Origin: an uncultured Bdellovibrionales bacterium
Lineage (GTDB): Bacteria > Patescibacteriota > Minisyncoccia > Moranbacterales > UBA1568
Reading direction: 5' to 3'
Length of the DNA stretch: 64,000 nucleotides
Assembly: GCA_964612055.1 (NCBI GenBank)
Contig: CAZTBI010000002.1
Location: 163,529-227,528 of the forward strand
Below are positions 46,887-56,986 of this stretch, in pieces (position 1 is the stretch's first letter; the number at the start of each line of letters is the position of its first letter). The notes beneath the pieces were generated by a model, which was given only the letters and a program-made list of their open reading frames with translations, did no database searches and had not been told where the DNA came from. Both the position numbers and the translations under genes were made by a program.

Positions 46887-48100
46887 AGGATTTTTTCTCT
46901 TACTGCCTGTAATCCGGCGATCAGCTTTTCGATGTCTTCTTCAGTATTGTAGATGGAGAAACTGAGACGGGTGGTAGCGGACAGATCGAGTGTCTCATGA
47001 AGGGGGGCGGCGCACTGGAGTCCGGCCCGGATACAGATATTACGTTCACCTAAGAGATAAGCGGTGTCGTGAGGGTGAACGTCCGAGAGGAGGAAAGAGA
47101 CGATGCCACTCCGCAGCTCTGGGGTATCGAGGCCGATGATTTTTACCTTCTCTCCGAAAGCTTCTTTGAGTCTCTGACAAGCTAAGAGTGCCAAGGTATT
47201 TTCATGAGTGTGGATGGTATCAATACCCATTGCTTCGATGAACTCGATAGCCTGACCGAGACCGATGACGCCAGCGATATTGGGAGTGCCGGATTCGAAA
47301 CGAGCGGGGACTTCTTTGTAGAGCGTCTCTTTGGCACAAGCATCAAGTACCATACCGCCACCGAAAGAAACGGGAGAGAGGGTTTCGAGGAGGGTGTATT
47401 TTCCGTAGAGCACACCGGTGCCAGTCGGACCAAATATCTTATGTCCGGAAAAAGCGATGAAATCAGCATTCCATGTGGCAACATCGACTGGTATATGTCC
47501 GACGGCTTGGGCGGCATCGATAATGACGAGGGTATTAGGATTTCTTTCCTTTACGAGGCGTACTATTTCCTTCACGGGATTGATAATGCCCAAGACATTG
47601 GAGATAGCTCCAAAGGAGGCGATCTTGGTATGGGCATCGACGAACTTTTGGAAGGCTACGAGATCAAGCAGGCCATCTTGCGTGACAGGAACGATACGCA
47701 GCTCCACTTTCTTTTTTTGGCACAATTCTTTCCAGGGGAGAAAGTTGGAATGATGTTCAGCGGCGGTGATAATAATATTGTCTCCTTCTTCAATGCGAGC
47801 AGCGAGGAGGTCAGCTGCGAGATTGATCGAAGCAGTGGTACCAGAAGTGAAAATAATTTCTTCCGGTTTGGCACCGATAAAGGCGGCTACCCTTGCGCGC
47901 GTTTTCTCAAAGGCTTCGGTTGCTTGTTCAGCCATGGGATAGATACCGCGCGCAATATTGGAAGAATACTGTTCGTAGTATTTTGCTTCGGCCGCGATGA
48001 CGGAAATTGGTTTGAGAGCGGTAGCGGCCGAGTCGAGATACACGAGATCTGGTTGATTCGTGAAAAGAGGAAAAGATTTTTTGATATCCTTGAGATCCAT
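46883..48100 (-). CDS. sufS: Cysteine desulfurase SufS
   Basis: PLP-lysine context SGHKIFGPTGTGVLYGK; class V fold length. Confidence 0.85.
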   Translation of the reverse strand: MDLKDIKKSFPLFTNQPDLVYLDSAATALKPISVIAAEAKYYEQYSSNIARGIYPMAEQATEAFEKTRARVAAFIGAKPEEIIFTSGTTASINLAADLLAARIEEGDNIIITAAEHHSNFLPWKELCQKKKVELRIVPVTQDGLLDLVAFQKFVDAHTKIASFGAISNVLGIINPVKEIVRLVKERNPNTLVIIDAAQAVGHIPVDVATWNADFIAFSGHKIFGPTGTGVLYGKYTLLETLSPVSFGGGMVLDACAKETLYKEVPARFESGTPNIAGVIGLGQAIEFIEAMGIDTIHTHENTLALLACQRLKEAFGEKVKIIGLDTPELRSGIVSFLLSDVHPHDTAYLLGERNICIRAGLQCAAPLHETLDLSATTRLSFSIYNTEEDIEKLIAGLQAVREKIL

Positions 48101-48109
48101 AGGGAGTGT

Positions 48110-48706
48110 TTAGGCGAGAGAATTTCCTACCAAGGCTAACACTTTTTCCTTGTCCTGAGAAGAAAGAAGTTTACCAAGCTTCTCAATGGATGACTGGAGA
48201 AATCCGCGAATGAGAAGTTCTTCAGCTTGATTACGGGAAAGGCCTCGCGTTTCAGCAAAGAATAATTGCTCCTGGCTGAGAGGGCTGGTGGTGGCAGCAT
48301 GATGACAGCGGACATCGTTGTTCAAGATTTCCAGTGTTGGCGCAGAGGAAGCGCGCGCTTCTTCTGAAAGGAGGAGATTCCGGTTTTCCTGTGAAGCATC
48401 GGAGAGAGGTGCGTCCTTAGAAATGTGGATAGTGCCTTGATAAGCGAAGGAAGCCTGGTCGTTCAGAATACTTTTCACCAGGACGTGGGATGCGGTGCGC
48501 GGAGAAAGGTGTTTTTGGTTGATGGTAAGAATTTTTTTGGCGTCATTTTTACCAGTGAAAAAAGCAAAGACATGCGCTTCCGCACCTGTCCCTCTCAGTT
48601 CAAACGTTATTTCTCCATCGCGATTCCACATGAAAAAAACAACCTGCTCGTTTTCTGTGAGGGTGTAGAGGCTTTTCGTGTCAGTTGAGATATCGATGAA
48701 GCGCAT
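48110..48706 (-). CDS. sufD: SufD-like Fe-S assembly protein (short form, 198 aa)
   Basis: C-terminal SufBD beta-helix motifs; sits between sufB and sufS. Confidence 0.7.
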   Translation of the reverse strand: MRFIDISTDTKSLYTLTENEQVVFFMWNRDGEITFELRGTGAEAHVFAFFTGKNDAKKILTINQKHLSPRTASHVLVKSILNDQASFAYQGTIHISKDAPLSDASQENRNLLLSEEARASSAPTLEILNNDVRCHHAATTSPLSQEQLFFAETRGLSRNQAEELLIRGFLQSSIEKLGKLLSSQDKEKVLALVGNSLA

Positions 48707-48710
48707 AGGT

Positions 48711-50117
48711 TTAGCCGATACTGCCTTTCATTTCCATATTAATCAGGCGATTCAGTTCGATAGAGTACTCAAGGGGGATTTCTTTGACCACTGGATCAAT
48801 GAAGCCATTGACGAGGAGTCCTTCCGCGTCACCCTTGGTAATGCCGCGTGAAGTGAGGTAGAACAGTTTTTCTGCACCGATGCGCTCCACAGTCGCTTCA
48901 TGAACGATCTCGGCACTTTTTTCATTGATGCGCATTGTGGGGTAGGTATCGGATCGGGAATGCTCATCAAGAAGGAGAGCATCACAGACGACGGAGGCCT
49001 TGGCGTTGGTAGCACCCGAAGCGATGTGGACGAGACCGCGGTATGAAGTACGACCACCATCTTTGGAGATAGATTTTGAAACGACGCGAGAAGTAGTGTC
49101 AGGAGCGAGGTGCACCATTTTGGCACCAGCATCTTGGTGCTGATCTTTCCCGGCGTAGGCGATGGAGAGGACTTCTCCACGAGCACCACGACCAGCCAGG
49201 TAGACGGCCGGATATTTCATGGTGACTCCAGACCCGATGTTGCAGTCGATCCATTCCATAACAGCATTTTCTTCAGCTCGAGCACGCTTGGTGACGAGGT
49301 TGTAGATATTTTTGCTCCAGTTTTGAACAGTAGTGTAGCGAACACGAGCATTTTTCTTGACGAAAATTTCAACGACGGCAGAGTGCAGTGATGAGGAACT
49401 GTAGATAGGGGCAGTGCAGCCTTCGATATAGTGCACGTAGCTCCCTTCTTCGGCGATGATGAGAGTTCGTTCGAATTGACCAAAGGCTTCAGCATTGATA
49501 CGGAAGTAGGCCTGAAGTGGTAAATCAACGCGTACTCCTTTTGGGACATAGACAAAGGAGCCGCCGGACCAGACGGCAGAATTGAGGGCGGCGAATTTGT
49601 TGTCCTGTGGCGGAATGAGCGTACCGAAATATTCTTTTACCAGTTCCGGATACTTTTTTACTGCAGTATCCATATCACAAAAGATGACGCCGAGCTTGTC
49701 GAGCTCCCGATTGACGCTTTCGTACACAACTTCAGATTCGTACTGTGCCGAGACGCCGGCCAAGAATTTCTTCTCGGCCTCTGGGACGCCGATGCGGTCA
49801 TAGGTGTCTTTGATTTCTTGAGGGAGATCCTCCCAGGAATTCGCTTGTTTGTCAGTCGCGCGCAAATAGTAGGTGATAGCATCGAAATCAATCGGCATGA
49901 GATTGGCGCCCCATGTCGGCATCGGTTTTTGTTTGAAAATTTCGTATGAGCGCAGGCGGAAATCACGCATCCAGGCGGATTCCTTCTTTACTTTGGAAAT
50001 CTCTCGGACCACTTTTGGGCTGATACCAGTTTTGGTGCGATGCACCGAAACATTGGGCATGGAAAAACCATACTTGTAGTCATCGAGATCAAGATTTTTT
50101 TGGGAAACTTTTTTCAT
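48711..50117 (-). CDS. sufB: Fe-S cluster assembly protein SufB
   Basis: 468 aa, conserved SufB core (TKRARAEENAVMEWIDCNIGSGVTMKYP). Confidence 0.9.
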   Translation of the reverse strand: MKKVSQKNLDLDDYKYGFSMPNVSVHRTKTGISPKVVREISKVKKESAWMRDFRLRSYEIFKQKPMPTWGANLMPIDFDAITYYLRATDKQANSWEDLPQEIKDTYDRIGVPEAEKKFLAGVSAQYESEVVYESVNRELDKLGVIFCDMDTAVKKYPELVKEYFGTLIPPQDNKFAALNSAVWSGGSFVYVPKGVRVDLPLQAYFRINAEAFGQFERTLIIAEEGSYVHYIEGCTAPIYSSSSLHSAVVEIFVKKNARVRYTTVQNWSKNIYNLVTKRARAEENAVMEWIDCNIGSGVTMKYPAVYLAGRGARGEVLSIAYAGKDQHQDAGAKMVHLAPDTTSRVVSKSISKDGGRTSYRGLVHIASGATNAKASVVCDALLLDEHSRSDTYPTMRINEKSAEIVHEATVERIGAEKLFYLTSRGITKGDAEGLLVNGFIDPVVKEIPLEYSIELNRLINMEMKGSIG

Positions 50118-50120
50118 AGG

Positions 50121-50834
50121 TTACAGTGCTTCGAAGCCTTGTTCTTCAATTTTTTTAGCAAGAGCAGCTTTACCGGTTTTTACGAGCTTGCCATTTTTGA
50201 TGACCATGACTTCATCGGGGCTGACATATTTCAAGAGACGGGTGGAGTGGGTGATAAAGACCAGAGTGGATTTTTTCGGGAGATACTTTTTCAAAAATTG
50301 CGAAATGGTTTTCAAAGCATCGACATCGACGCCGGTATCGATTTCATCGAAGAGAACAAATTGCGGTGCGAGCATCACTGTTTGGAGTGCTTCGAGTTTC
50401 TTCTTCTCGCCACCAGAAAATCCTTCGTTCAGTGAGCGTTTCAAAAGTTCGTCTTTGATATGGAGTTCTTTGGCGTAGGCTTTCACCTGTTTGTGAATCG
50501 TGACGGCGTCAAGCTTCTTTTCGAGGGCGATACGAAGAAGGTCGAAAACAGTGACGCCGGGAATTTCCAGTGGCGTTTGGAAAGAAAGAAACACACCGAG
50601 TTTGGCGCGAGTGTCGGGAGAGAGGTTTTTCAGATTCTTTTCGCCGATGAGAATTTTACTTCCCCGAGAGTAGGTAATATTGGGATGTCCCATGATGGCG
50701 CTCGCCAGGGTCGATTTGCCTGAACCATTTGGACCCATGAGCGCATACGTTTTTCCTGGACGAAACGAAAACGAGATATCCTGGAGGATCTGCTTTTTTT
50801 CTATGGAAACGGAAAGGTTTTTGAGAGTCAGCAT
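50121..50834 (-). CDS. sufC: Fe-S cluster assembly ATPase SufC
   Basis: Walker A GPNGSGKST; LSGGEKKK; Walker B VLFDEIDTG. Confidence 0.9.
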   Translation of the reverse strand: MLTLKNLSVSIEKKQILQDISFSFRPGKTYALMGPNGSGKSTLASAIMGHPNITYSRGSKILIGEKNLKNLSPDTRAKLGVFLSFQTPLEIPGVTVFDLLRIALEKKLDAVTIHKQVKAYAKELHIKDELLKRSLNEGFSGGEKKKLEALQTVMLAPQFVLFDEIDTGVDVDALKTISQFLKKYLPKKSTLVFITHSTRLLKYVSPDEVMVIKNGKLVKTGKAALAKKIEEQGFEAL

Positions 50835-50837
50835 AGG

Positions 50838-51254
50838 TTAGTGTGAGTGAGGGTGATTTTCGGGGATGAGGCTACTTAAGGTGATATGAGATAAGGTACT
50901 TTCTATTTCTGTTTCCAGTTTGCGCCACACCTCGTTGGTTTGACAGTGGCTGGGCTGGAGACAGGGGAGTGTGCCCTTGATCGGTGCAGCAAAGGTTCTC
51001 AAGGGGCCGTCGAGTTCACGGAGCACTTCCCAAACGTTTACTTCTTCTTTTGGGCGTGCCAAGGTATAGCCACCAGAAGTTCCTTTGGTAGCTTCTACCA
51101 TGCCAGCGCGCCTCAGGTGCTGGAGAATTTTTTCGAGGTAGTCCTCAGGTAAATGCTCGGTCTCAGCTAAGGCGTGAATAGAGACTGGCTTCTCTGCTTG
51201 AGCGAGAGCCAGTACTGCTCGGAGGCCGTAGTAAGCCTTTTTTGATACTTTCAT
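50838..51254 (-). CDS. Rrf2-family transcriptional regulator (IscR/SufR-like)
   Basis: N-terminal wHTH (AYYGLRAVLALA...); heads the suf operon. Confidence 0.8.
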   Translation of the reverse strand: MKVSKKAYYGLRAVLALAQAEKPVSIHALAETEHLPEDYLEKILQHLRRAGMVEATKGTSGGYTLARPKEEVNVWEVLRELDGPLRTFAAPIKGTLPCLQPSHCQTNEVWRKLETEIESTLSHITLSSLIPENHPHSH

Positions 51255-51263
51255 ACCGTTTTT

Positions 51264-51316
51264 ATAAATTCAGACTCATTAAGTCCGATATTACTGGAAA
51301 CGGGGGAAAATGTCAA
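51264..51316 (-). promoter_or_regulatory. suf-operon promoter TTGACA-N17-TAATAT (51288-51316) overlapping an IscR type-1-like site ATAAATTCAGACTCATTAAGTCCGATAT (51264-51291)
   Basis: Consensus hexamers read on the minus strand; GACT-N5-AGTC palindrome with ATA/TAT flanks lies at -10/+1. Confidence 0.45.
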
Positions 51317-51389
51317 TGTGGCCATAACATATGGTAGGGGTTTCTTTTTTCCTAAAAACACGCTACACTTTTCCAGTTATACTGAATAT

Positions 51390-52403
51390 ATGTCTATGCA
51401 GCCCTTCTTGGGATTTTGGGGAAAATTGAAGAAGCCAATTTTTGTTTTAGCGCCGCTTGCCAATGTGACGGACGCGGTTTTTCGGGCGCATATTGTGAAA
51501 TATAGTAAACCGGATGTTTTTTGGACGGAGTTCGTTTCGGCAGATGGCCTGTGTCACCCGAAAGGTCGCGAAGCATTGGTACGTGATCTCAAGTTTTCTG
51601 AAGCGGAGCGACCAATTGTGGCGCAGTTGTTTACCGCTCATCCGGACAATATGCGTGAGGCAGCAAAATTGTGTACGGAGCTTGAGTTTGATGGGATCGA
51701 TATCAACATGGGCTGTCCGGATAAGAATGTCATGAAGCAGGGCGCTGGGGCATCATGCATGAAAGATCCTGTTTTGGCGCAGCAGCTTATCCTTGCTGCT
51801 CGTGAAGGCACAGTGGCTGCCGGGAAAGAGCTCCCTATTTCTGTAAAAACGCGTCTGGGGTTCAATGAAGATTCTCTGGAAGAATGGCTCCCGGCGCTCC
51901 TCGAAGCCAAGCCAGCCGTGATCACAATGCATGCTCGGACAAAGAAAGAGATGTCGAAAGTTCCAGCTAGGTGGGAGCGGGTAAAACGGGCAGTCGAAAT
52001 TGCTGCAGGTTCCGGTACACTTATTTTCGGCAATGGTGATGTGAGAGATATCTTTGATGCGGAAGAAAAAGTGAAACAAACTAGTGCCAATGGGGTGATG
52101 CTCGGCCGGGCGATCTTTGGCAACCCGTGGTTGTTTGATAAAGAGAAAAAAGTAACGGTAGAAGAAAAAGTCTTAGCAGCTCTCGAGCACACCAAGCTGT
52201 TTGAAGAAACGTGGAAGGAAACGAAAAGTTTTGAATTGATGAAAAAACATTACCAAGCCTATATCAATCATTTTCCACTCGCCAAAGAACTGCGCGTAGA
52301 ACTGATGAGTTGTCATAGTGTGGTAGAAGTAGAAAAGGTGATAGAAAAATTTCTGACTGAGCATGATGATATTGCCAAGGAGTACGTAACAACTGGTCTA
52401 TGA
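51390..52403 (+). CDS. tRNA-dihydrouridine synthase (DusB-like)
   Basis: FVLAPLANVTD; FMN/TIM-barrel motifs; start trimmed to the ATG at 51390. Confidence 0.8.
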   Translation: MSMQPFLGFWGKLKKPIFVLAPLANVTDAVFRAHIVKYSKPDVFWTEFVSADGLCHPKGREALVRDLKFSEAERPIVAQLFTAHPDNMREAAKLCTELEFDGIDINMGCPDKNVMKQGAGASCMKDPVLAQQLILAAREGTVAAGKELPISVKTRLGFNEDSLEEWLPALLEAKPAVITMHARTKKEMSKVPARWERVKRAVEIAAGSGTLIFGNGDVRDIFDAEEKVKQTSANGVMLGRAIFGNPWLFDKEKKVTVEEKVLAALEHTKLFEETWKETKSFELMKKHYQAYINHFPLAKELRVELMSCHSVVEVEKVIEKFLTEHDDIAKEYVTTGL

Positions 52404-53488
52404 AGATTGCGGTTTTGGTATCAGGCGGGGTGGATAGTTCCGTGGCGCTGCGGCTTCTCAAAGATGAGGGGCACGAACTGACCGCTTTTTACCTGAAAAT
52501 TTGGTTGGAAGACGAGCTTTCTTTCTTGGGTGAATGTCCTTGGGAGGAAGATCTCGCCTATGTGCGGGCCGTCTGCGAACAGGCGGAGGTGCCGCTCGAA
52601 ATTGTGCCGTTCCAGAAAGAATATTGGGAGCGTGTGGTTTCGTATACGGTCAATGAAGTGAAGGGGGGTCGCACACCAAATCCAGACATGCTTTGCAATG
52701 CTCGCATCAAATTTGGTGCTTTCTATGAGTACATCGCTGACAAGGGCTTCGATAAGATTGCGACCGGGCATTATGCTTGGACAGACCCGATCTTGCTAAG
52801 CCAAGCCGAGGCAGGAGAACAAGAGAACAAGACGCTTCTCAAAATGTCGCCCGATCCGATCAAGGATCAAACATACTTTCTTTCGCAGCTCTCTCAAGAG
52901 CAAGTAAGTAAAGCACTGTTTCCTATTGGCAATTTAGAAAAAAGTGAAGTACGAAAGTTAGCCGAGAAATATAACCTCCCCAATGCCAAGCGTAAAGACA
53001 GCCAAGGGATTTGTTTCTTAGGAAAAATTCCATTTGATAAATTTCTCGAGTATCATCTCGGGAAAAAACCAGGGAAATTAATCGAGTATGAAACAGGAAA
53101 GATTTTAGGTGAGCACGATGGTTTCTTTTATTACACCGTCGGCCAAAGGCGCGGTATTAAACTTTCTGGTGGGCCATGGTATGTGGTGAAGAAGGATCCT
53201 GGAAAAAATGAAATCTTTATTTCACACGGCGATCATCACGAACTTCTGGCACGTGACGTCTTTACTGTGGGAGCGCTTAACTGGATTGCTGGTGAGAAAC
53301 CAGAAAAGACAGAGCTTTTGGTTAAGATTCGTCATGGAGAAAAAATGTATCCGGCTGCTGTTGAGTACTTGGAAAATGGAAATGTAAAAGTTGTCCTCAA
53401 AGAAAAAGACCCTGGCGTTGCCGAGGGTCAGTTTGCCGTCTTTTACGACGACACTGTCTGTTTGGGCGGTGGAGTGATCGCGTCATGA
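52400..53488 (+). CDS. mnmA: tRNA 2-thiouridine(34) synthase MnmA
   Basis: PP-loop MKIAVLVSGGVDSSV; ATGA overlap with the upstream stop. Confidence 0.9.
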   Translation: MKIAVLVSGGVDSSVALRLLKDEGHELTAFYLKIWLEDELSFLGECPWEEDLAYVRAVCEQAEVPLEIVPFQKEYWERVVSYTVNEVKGGRTPNPDMLCNARIKFGAFYEYIADKGFDKIATGHYAWTDPILLSQAEAGEQENKTLLKMSPDPIKDQTYFLSQLSQEQVSKALFPIGNLEKSEVRKLAEKYNLPNAKRKDSQGICFLGKIPFDKFLEYHLGKKPGKLIEYETGKILGEHDGFFYYTVGQRRGIKLSGGPWYVVKKDPGKNEIFISHGDHHELLARDVFTVGALNWIAGEKPEKTELLVKIRHGEKMYPAAVEYLENGNVKVVLKEKDPGVAEGQFAVFYDDTVCLGGGVIAS

Positions 53489-54031
53489 GACCTTGAGGCC
53501 GTGTTGCGTTTGCTCCTGCAGCCAAGTATGCACGATCTCGTATGAAGCGGCGATACGAAGGCCAAGGTCACTTGCTTTGTCAATCGGGCGCCCCGTTGAT
53601 TTGAAAAGCATGTCGGGATCATCCGATACCACCAGCTTGCTTACCTCGAAGTACAGACCCCTCGATTCCGAGTACTGGTTGCAGAGTTCGGTGTCTCGGC
53701 CAGCGCCATTGAATCCGAGCTCTCCTTGGAGTGAAACTGCGAATTGCAGCAGTCTGGTTTGTTGGATGGCGGCATGCTGTTCAGCCAGTCGTTTCATGAG
53801 CTTGAGGAGCCAATCAGGATTCATCAGATATAGATGCCCCGGCTCTCGCAGGAGTTCCACACGAGGTGCTTGCGAGAAACGTAAAGGGATGCGCCGCTCT
53901 TCCAGAATCAGTGGAAGCTTGATCGTTGCGGTAAGCGAATAGTGATCAGGCGCCACGAGTTCGTGGAGGACTGTAGGAAACAGGCCGGATTTCATGATGC
54001 GCTCCTTGGGTGAGAGGTACCAGGATTTCAT
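53483..54031 (-). CDS. Hypothetical protein (182 aa)
   Basis: No recognisable motif; convergent with mnmA, divergent from mutY. Confidence 0.4.
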   Translation of the reverse strand: MKSWYLSPKERIMKSGLFPTVLHELVAPDHYSLTATIKLPLILEERRIPLRFSQAPRVELLREPGHLYLMNPDWLLKLMKRLAEQHAAIQQTRLLQFAVSLQGELGFNGAGRDTELCNQYSESRGLYFEVSKLVVSDDPDMLFKSTGRPIDKASDLGLRIAASYEIVHTWLQEQTQHGLKVS

Positions 54032-54076
54032 GCCTGGCTGGGCATGATAGGGCAGTGTATAATGAGGAGAACTTCT

Positions 54077-55057
54077 ATGTCAATTCGCAAGGAAAAGATC
54101 CAATTTTTTGAAAAACATCTTGATGACTTTTTCCGCAAAGCGGGGAGGGTAGAACTACCGTGGCGCAAGAAGAAGATCACGGCCTATGAAGTCTGGGTAT
54201 CGGAAATCATGCTCCAGCAGACCCAGGTCGTCCGGGTAGTCGAGTATTACAAGAAATTCCTGAAGCGTTTCCCGAGAGTTGAAGATCTGGCCAAGGCTTC
54301 CTGGGAAGAATTTCTACCATACTACCAAGGACTTGGTTACTACGCTCGTGGTCGCAATATGCTCAAAGCGGCTCAGAGAGTGGTCGGGGAGTATGGCGGG
54401 AAGTTTCCTTGTGACAAGAAAGCGCTTGAAACCCTGCCCGGTGTCGGTCCGTATACCGCTTCCGCTGTCATGAGCTTTGCTTATGGAGAGGATCACCTGG
54501 CTTGGGATACTAATTTGAAGCGGGTAATCGGACGTTTCTTCTATGGTGGCAAGCATTTAGTGGAGGATGAAGTATTCTGGGAGGATAAATTCTCCTTTCC
54601 CAAAAAAGAGATGAATGCGGCACTTATGGATTTTGGGAGCGCGCTTTGTGTTGCACGACCAAAATGCGAAGCCTGTCCGGTACAGAGTCGCTGTATCTAC
54701 TATAAGGAGCATGGGAAGCAAGAGGCAGTAAACAAAAAGCAGTCGACAAGAAGTCGGGTGGATTGGCGAGAGGCTCAGGTAAAGTTGTTTCTTCATGAGA
54801 ATCACAAGCAGTATTTTTCTTCGAATACTAAACAGTTTCAGCCGTTTGTTTTACCAGCTGGTTACAATACACGCGCCGGGATTAAGAAGTATTTTCTTGA
54901 AAAATACGGACTGACGCTCTCGGTGCGGCCGCCACACAAGCGAACGGTCGTTTCTGGAAGACCGACGCTTTTGGTTAATGCTCAGATACTCCTTGGTATG
55001 CCGAAATTTGCCTCATTTTCGAAAAGTGCCTTCGAAGAGTATAATAGAAAGAGTTAA
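54077..55057 (+). CDS. mutY: A/G-specific adenine DNA glycosylase MutY-like (HhH-GPD + 4Fe-4S loop); C-terminal domain divergent
   Basis: HhH LPGVGPYTASAV; FCL CVARPKCEACPVQSRC; start chosen at the ATG at 54077 with GAGGAGA RBS (the ORF track starts at 54044). Confidence 0.7.
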   Translation: MSIRKEKIQFFEKHLDDFFRKAGRVELPWRKKKITAYEVWVSEIMLQQTQVVRVVEYYKKFLKRFPRVEDLAKASWEEFLPYYQGLGYYARGRNMLKAAQRVVGEYGGKFPCDKKALETLPGVGPYTASAVMSFAYGEDHLAWDTNLKRVIGRFFYGGKHLVEDEVFWEDKFSFPKKEMNAALMDFGSALCVARPKCEACPVQSRCIYYKEHGKQEAVNKKQSTRSRVDWREAQVKLFLHENHKQYFSSNTKQFQPFVLPAGYNTRAGIKKYFLEKYGLTLSVRPPHKRTVVSGRPTLLVNAQILLGMPKFASFSKSAFEEYNRKS

Positions 55058-55068
55058 GAATCTTCACT

Positions 55069-56130
55069 ATGCAACTGCGCTCACTCAATGTCTCCTTTTT
55101 CTTCTTTCTGTTCCTCGCTGTGGGCGTGGCGGTTTTTTTCATCTTTCAGCCGTTTCTCACTGCCATCGTAGCCGCCGCTATCTTGACGGCACTTTTCAAG
55201 CGACCCTATCATTGGTTTGAGCATATTATGCGTGGGCATCGGGGAGCGAGCGCTTTCCTCACCTGTCTTCTTGTCATCGCTATCATCGTGACGCCACTTT
55301 TTTTGGTCTTGAGCCTGGCGATAAGTGAAGCGAGTAACTTGTACTCTCTCCTTGCTCAGGAATCGGTACTCCAAACATCGATTGAAAAGATTCTGAGCGC
55401 AGTAAAGAGCGCTCCCTATGCGAACGTGTTTCTCGATACAGCGGCCTTTGATCAGGAGCGTATCGTATCTGATATCAAGAACTTGAGTCAGAATGCTCTT
55501 GGACTCCTTCAGGCAGCGTACCAAGGAGTGACTCATTTCATTTTCTGGGTCTTCATCATGTTCTTTACCTTATTCTATTTCTTGATTGATGGTAAGAAGA
55601 CGCTTCGAGCTCTCATGGAGCTTTCTCCGCTTAAGAACGAGCACGACAAACTATTGGTTGAAAAATTCATTTCTATCAGTCGTGCGACGCTTAAGGGAAC
55701 TATCGTGGTGGGAGTGATTCAAGGACTTCTCGGCGGGATAACGTTCTGGATTGCTGGTATTCCATCGCCTGCTATCTGGGGATTAGTGATGATTCTCTTC
55801 TCTATCATCCCGATGATTGGTTCGACGATGATTTGGTTCCCAGCGGGACTTATCATGCTTTTTCTCGGAGATGTCTGGCAGGGCATTTTCATCCTCTCTG
55901 TTGGCCTCGGTATCATATCGGTCATTGATAATATTTTGCGCCCGAAACTGGTTGGCAAGGATACGCAGATGCACCCGCTCCTTGTTTTCTTTGCTACTTT
56001 GGGAGGCATCGCCTTTTTCGGACTACCAGGATTTGTGATTGGCCCGATCATCGTTTCCCTTTTCATGGCCCTAAGTGAGATCTACAGTATTGAATTCCGC
56101 GATCAACTGAAAGAATACAACGAGCAGTAG
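55069..56130 (+). CDS. AI-2E family transporter (UPF0118/PerM-like)
   Basis: 8-TM topology with characteristic C-terminal GPIIVSLF motif region. Confidence 0.7.
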   Translation: MQLRSLNVSFFFFLFLAVGVAVFFIFQPFLTAIVAAAILTALFKRPYHWFEHIMRGHRGASAFLTCLLVIAIIVTPLFLVLSLAISEASNLYSLLAQESVLQTSIEKILSAVKSAPYANVFLDTAAFDQERIVSDIKNLSQNALGLLQAAYQGVTHFIFWVFIMFFTLFYFLIDGKKTLRALMELSPLKNEHDKLLVEKFISISRATLKGTIVVGVIQGLLGGITFWIAGIPSPAIWGLVMILFSIIPMIGSTMIWFPAGLIMLFLGDVWQGIFILSVGLGIISVIDNILRPKLVGKDTQMHPLLVFFATLGGIAFFGLPGFVIGPIIVSLFMALSEIYSIEFRDQLKEYNEQ

Positions 56131-56131
56131 T

Positions 56132-56971
56132 ATGATTGACTGGTGGCAACATTTGTTAGGGCACATCGATCCGATCGTTTTTACGGTCGGTTTTCTTTCC
56201 CTGCGGTGGTATGCGCTTTCTTGGTTGATCGGGTTCTTCCTCTCTTTTCTCTTTGCAAAAAGATGGCTTAAAGAGTGGGGAGTGAGTTTGAAGGAAGAGG
56301 CATTATTTGATCTTTTTCTCGTTTTATTTCTCGGGGCCATCGTAGGTGGGCATCTCGGATATGCTTTTCTCTATCGACCGGAACTCCTCTTTCTCGACCC
56401 ACTCGGTTTTTTCTGGCCCTATGACCATGAGGCAGGAGCGTGGACAGGGATAGCGGGTATGAGTTTTCATGGTGGGGTAATCGGTGTTGCTTTCGCGCTG
56501 TTTCTTTTTGCTAAGAGATACCAACAGGATTTTTTTCGTCTGGCTGACTTGGTTGTTTTTTCGGCGCCGGTAGTGCTTTTTCTTGGTCGTACTGGAAATT
56601 TCCTCAATCAAGAACTTCCAGGTCGTGTCACGGAAGTCTTCTGGGGGATGTATTTCCCTGGTATGTTCCCAGAGGGGGCGCTTCGTCATCCATCGACTCT
56701 GTATGAAGCCTTGGGTGAGGGCATAATACTCCTCCTTTTTCTTTTCTTGATTCGGCGTTCTCTTAGGATTCCGGGTCAGTTGGCGAGTTTTTTTCTGATA
56801 GGATATGGCGTAATTCGTTTCAGTCTCGAGTATTTCCGTGAACCCGATCCGGGCGTGGCGCTTTTGTTTACACTGACGCGTGGGCAAATTCTCTCGGTTT
56901 TTCTCGTTGGTTTCGGGGTTCTTCTCTTTGTGTGGCTTACAAGAAAAAATCGTGGTAAAATAGGCGTGTAA
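56132..56971 (+). CDS. lgt: Prolipoprotein diacylglyceryl transferase
   Basis: Lgt signature region GRTGNFLNQELPG; 7 TM. Confidence 0.85.
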   Translation: MIDWWQHLLGHIDPIVFTVGFLSLRWYALSWLIGFFLSFLFAKRWLKEWGVSLKEEALFDLFLVLFLGAIVGGHLGYAFLYRPELLFLDPLGFFWPYDHEAGAWTGIAGMSFHGGVIGVAFALFLFAKRYQQDFFRLADLVVFSAPVVLFLGRTGNFLNQELPGRVTEVFWGMYFPGMFPEGALRHPSTLYEALGEGIILLLFLFLIRRSLRIPGQLASFFLIGYGVIRFSLEYFREPDPGVALLFTLTRGQILSVFLVGFGVLLFVWLTRKNRGKIGV

Positions 56972-56986
56972 CCTCAAAACAAACGC

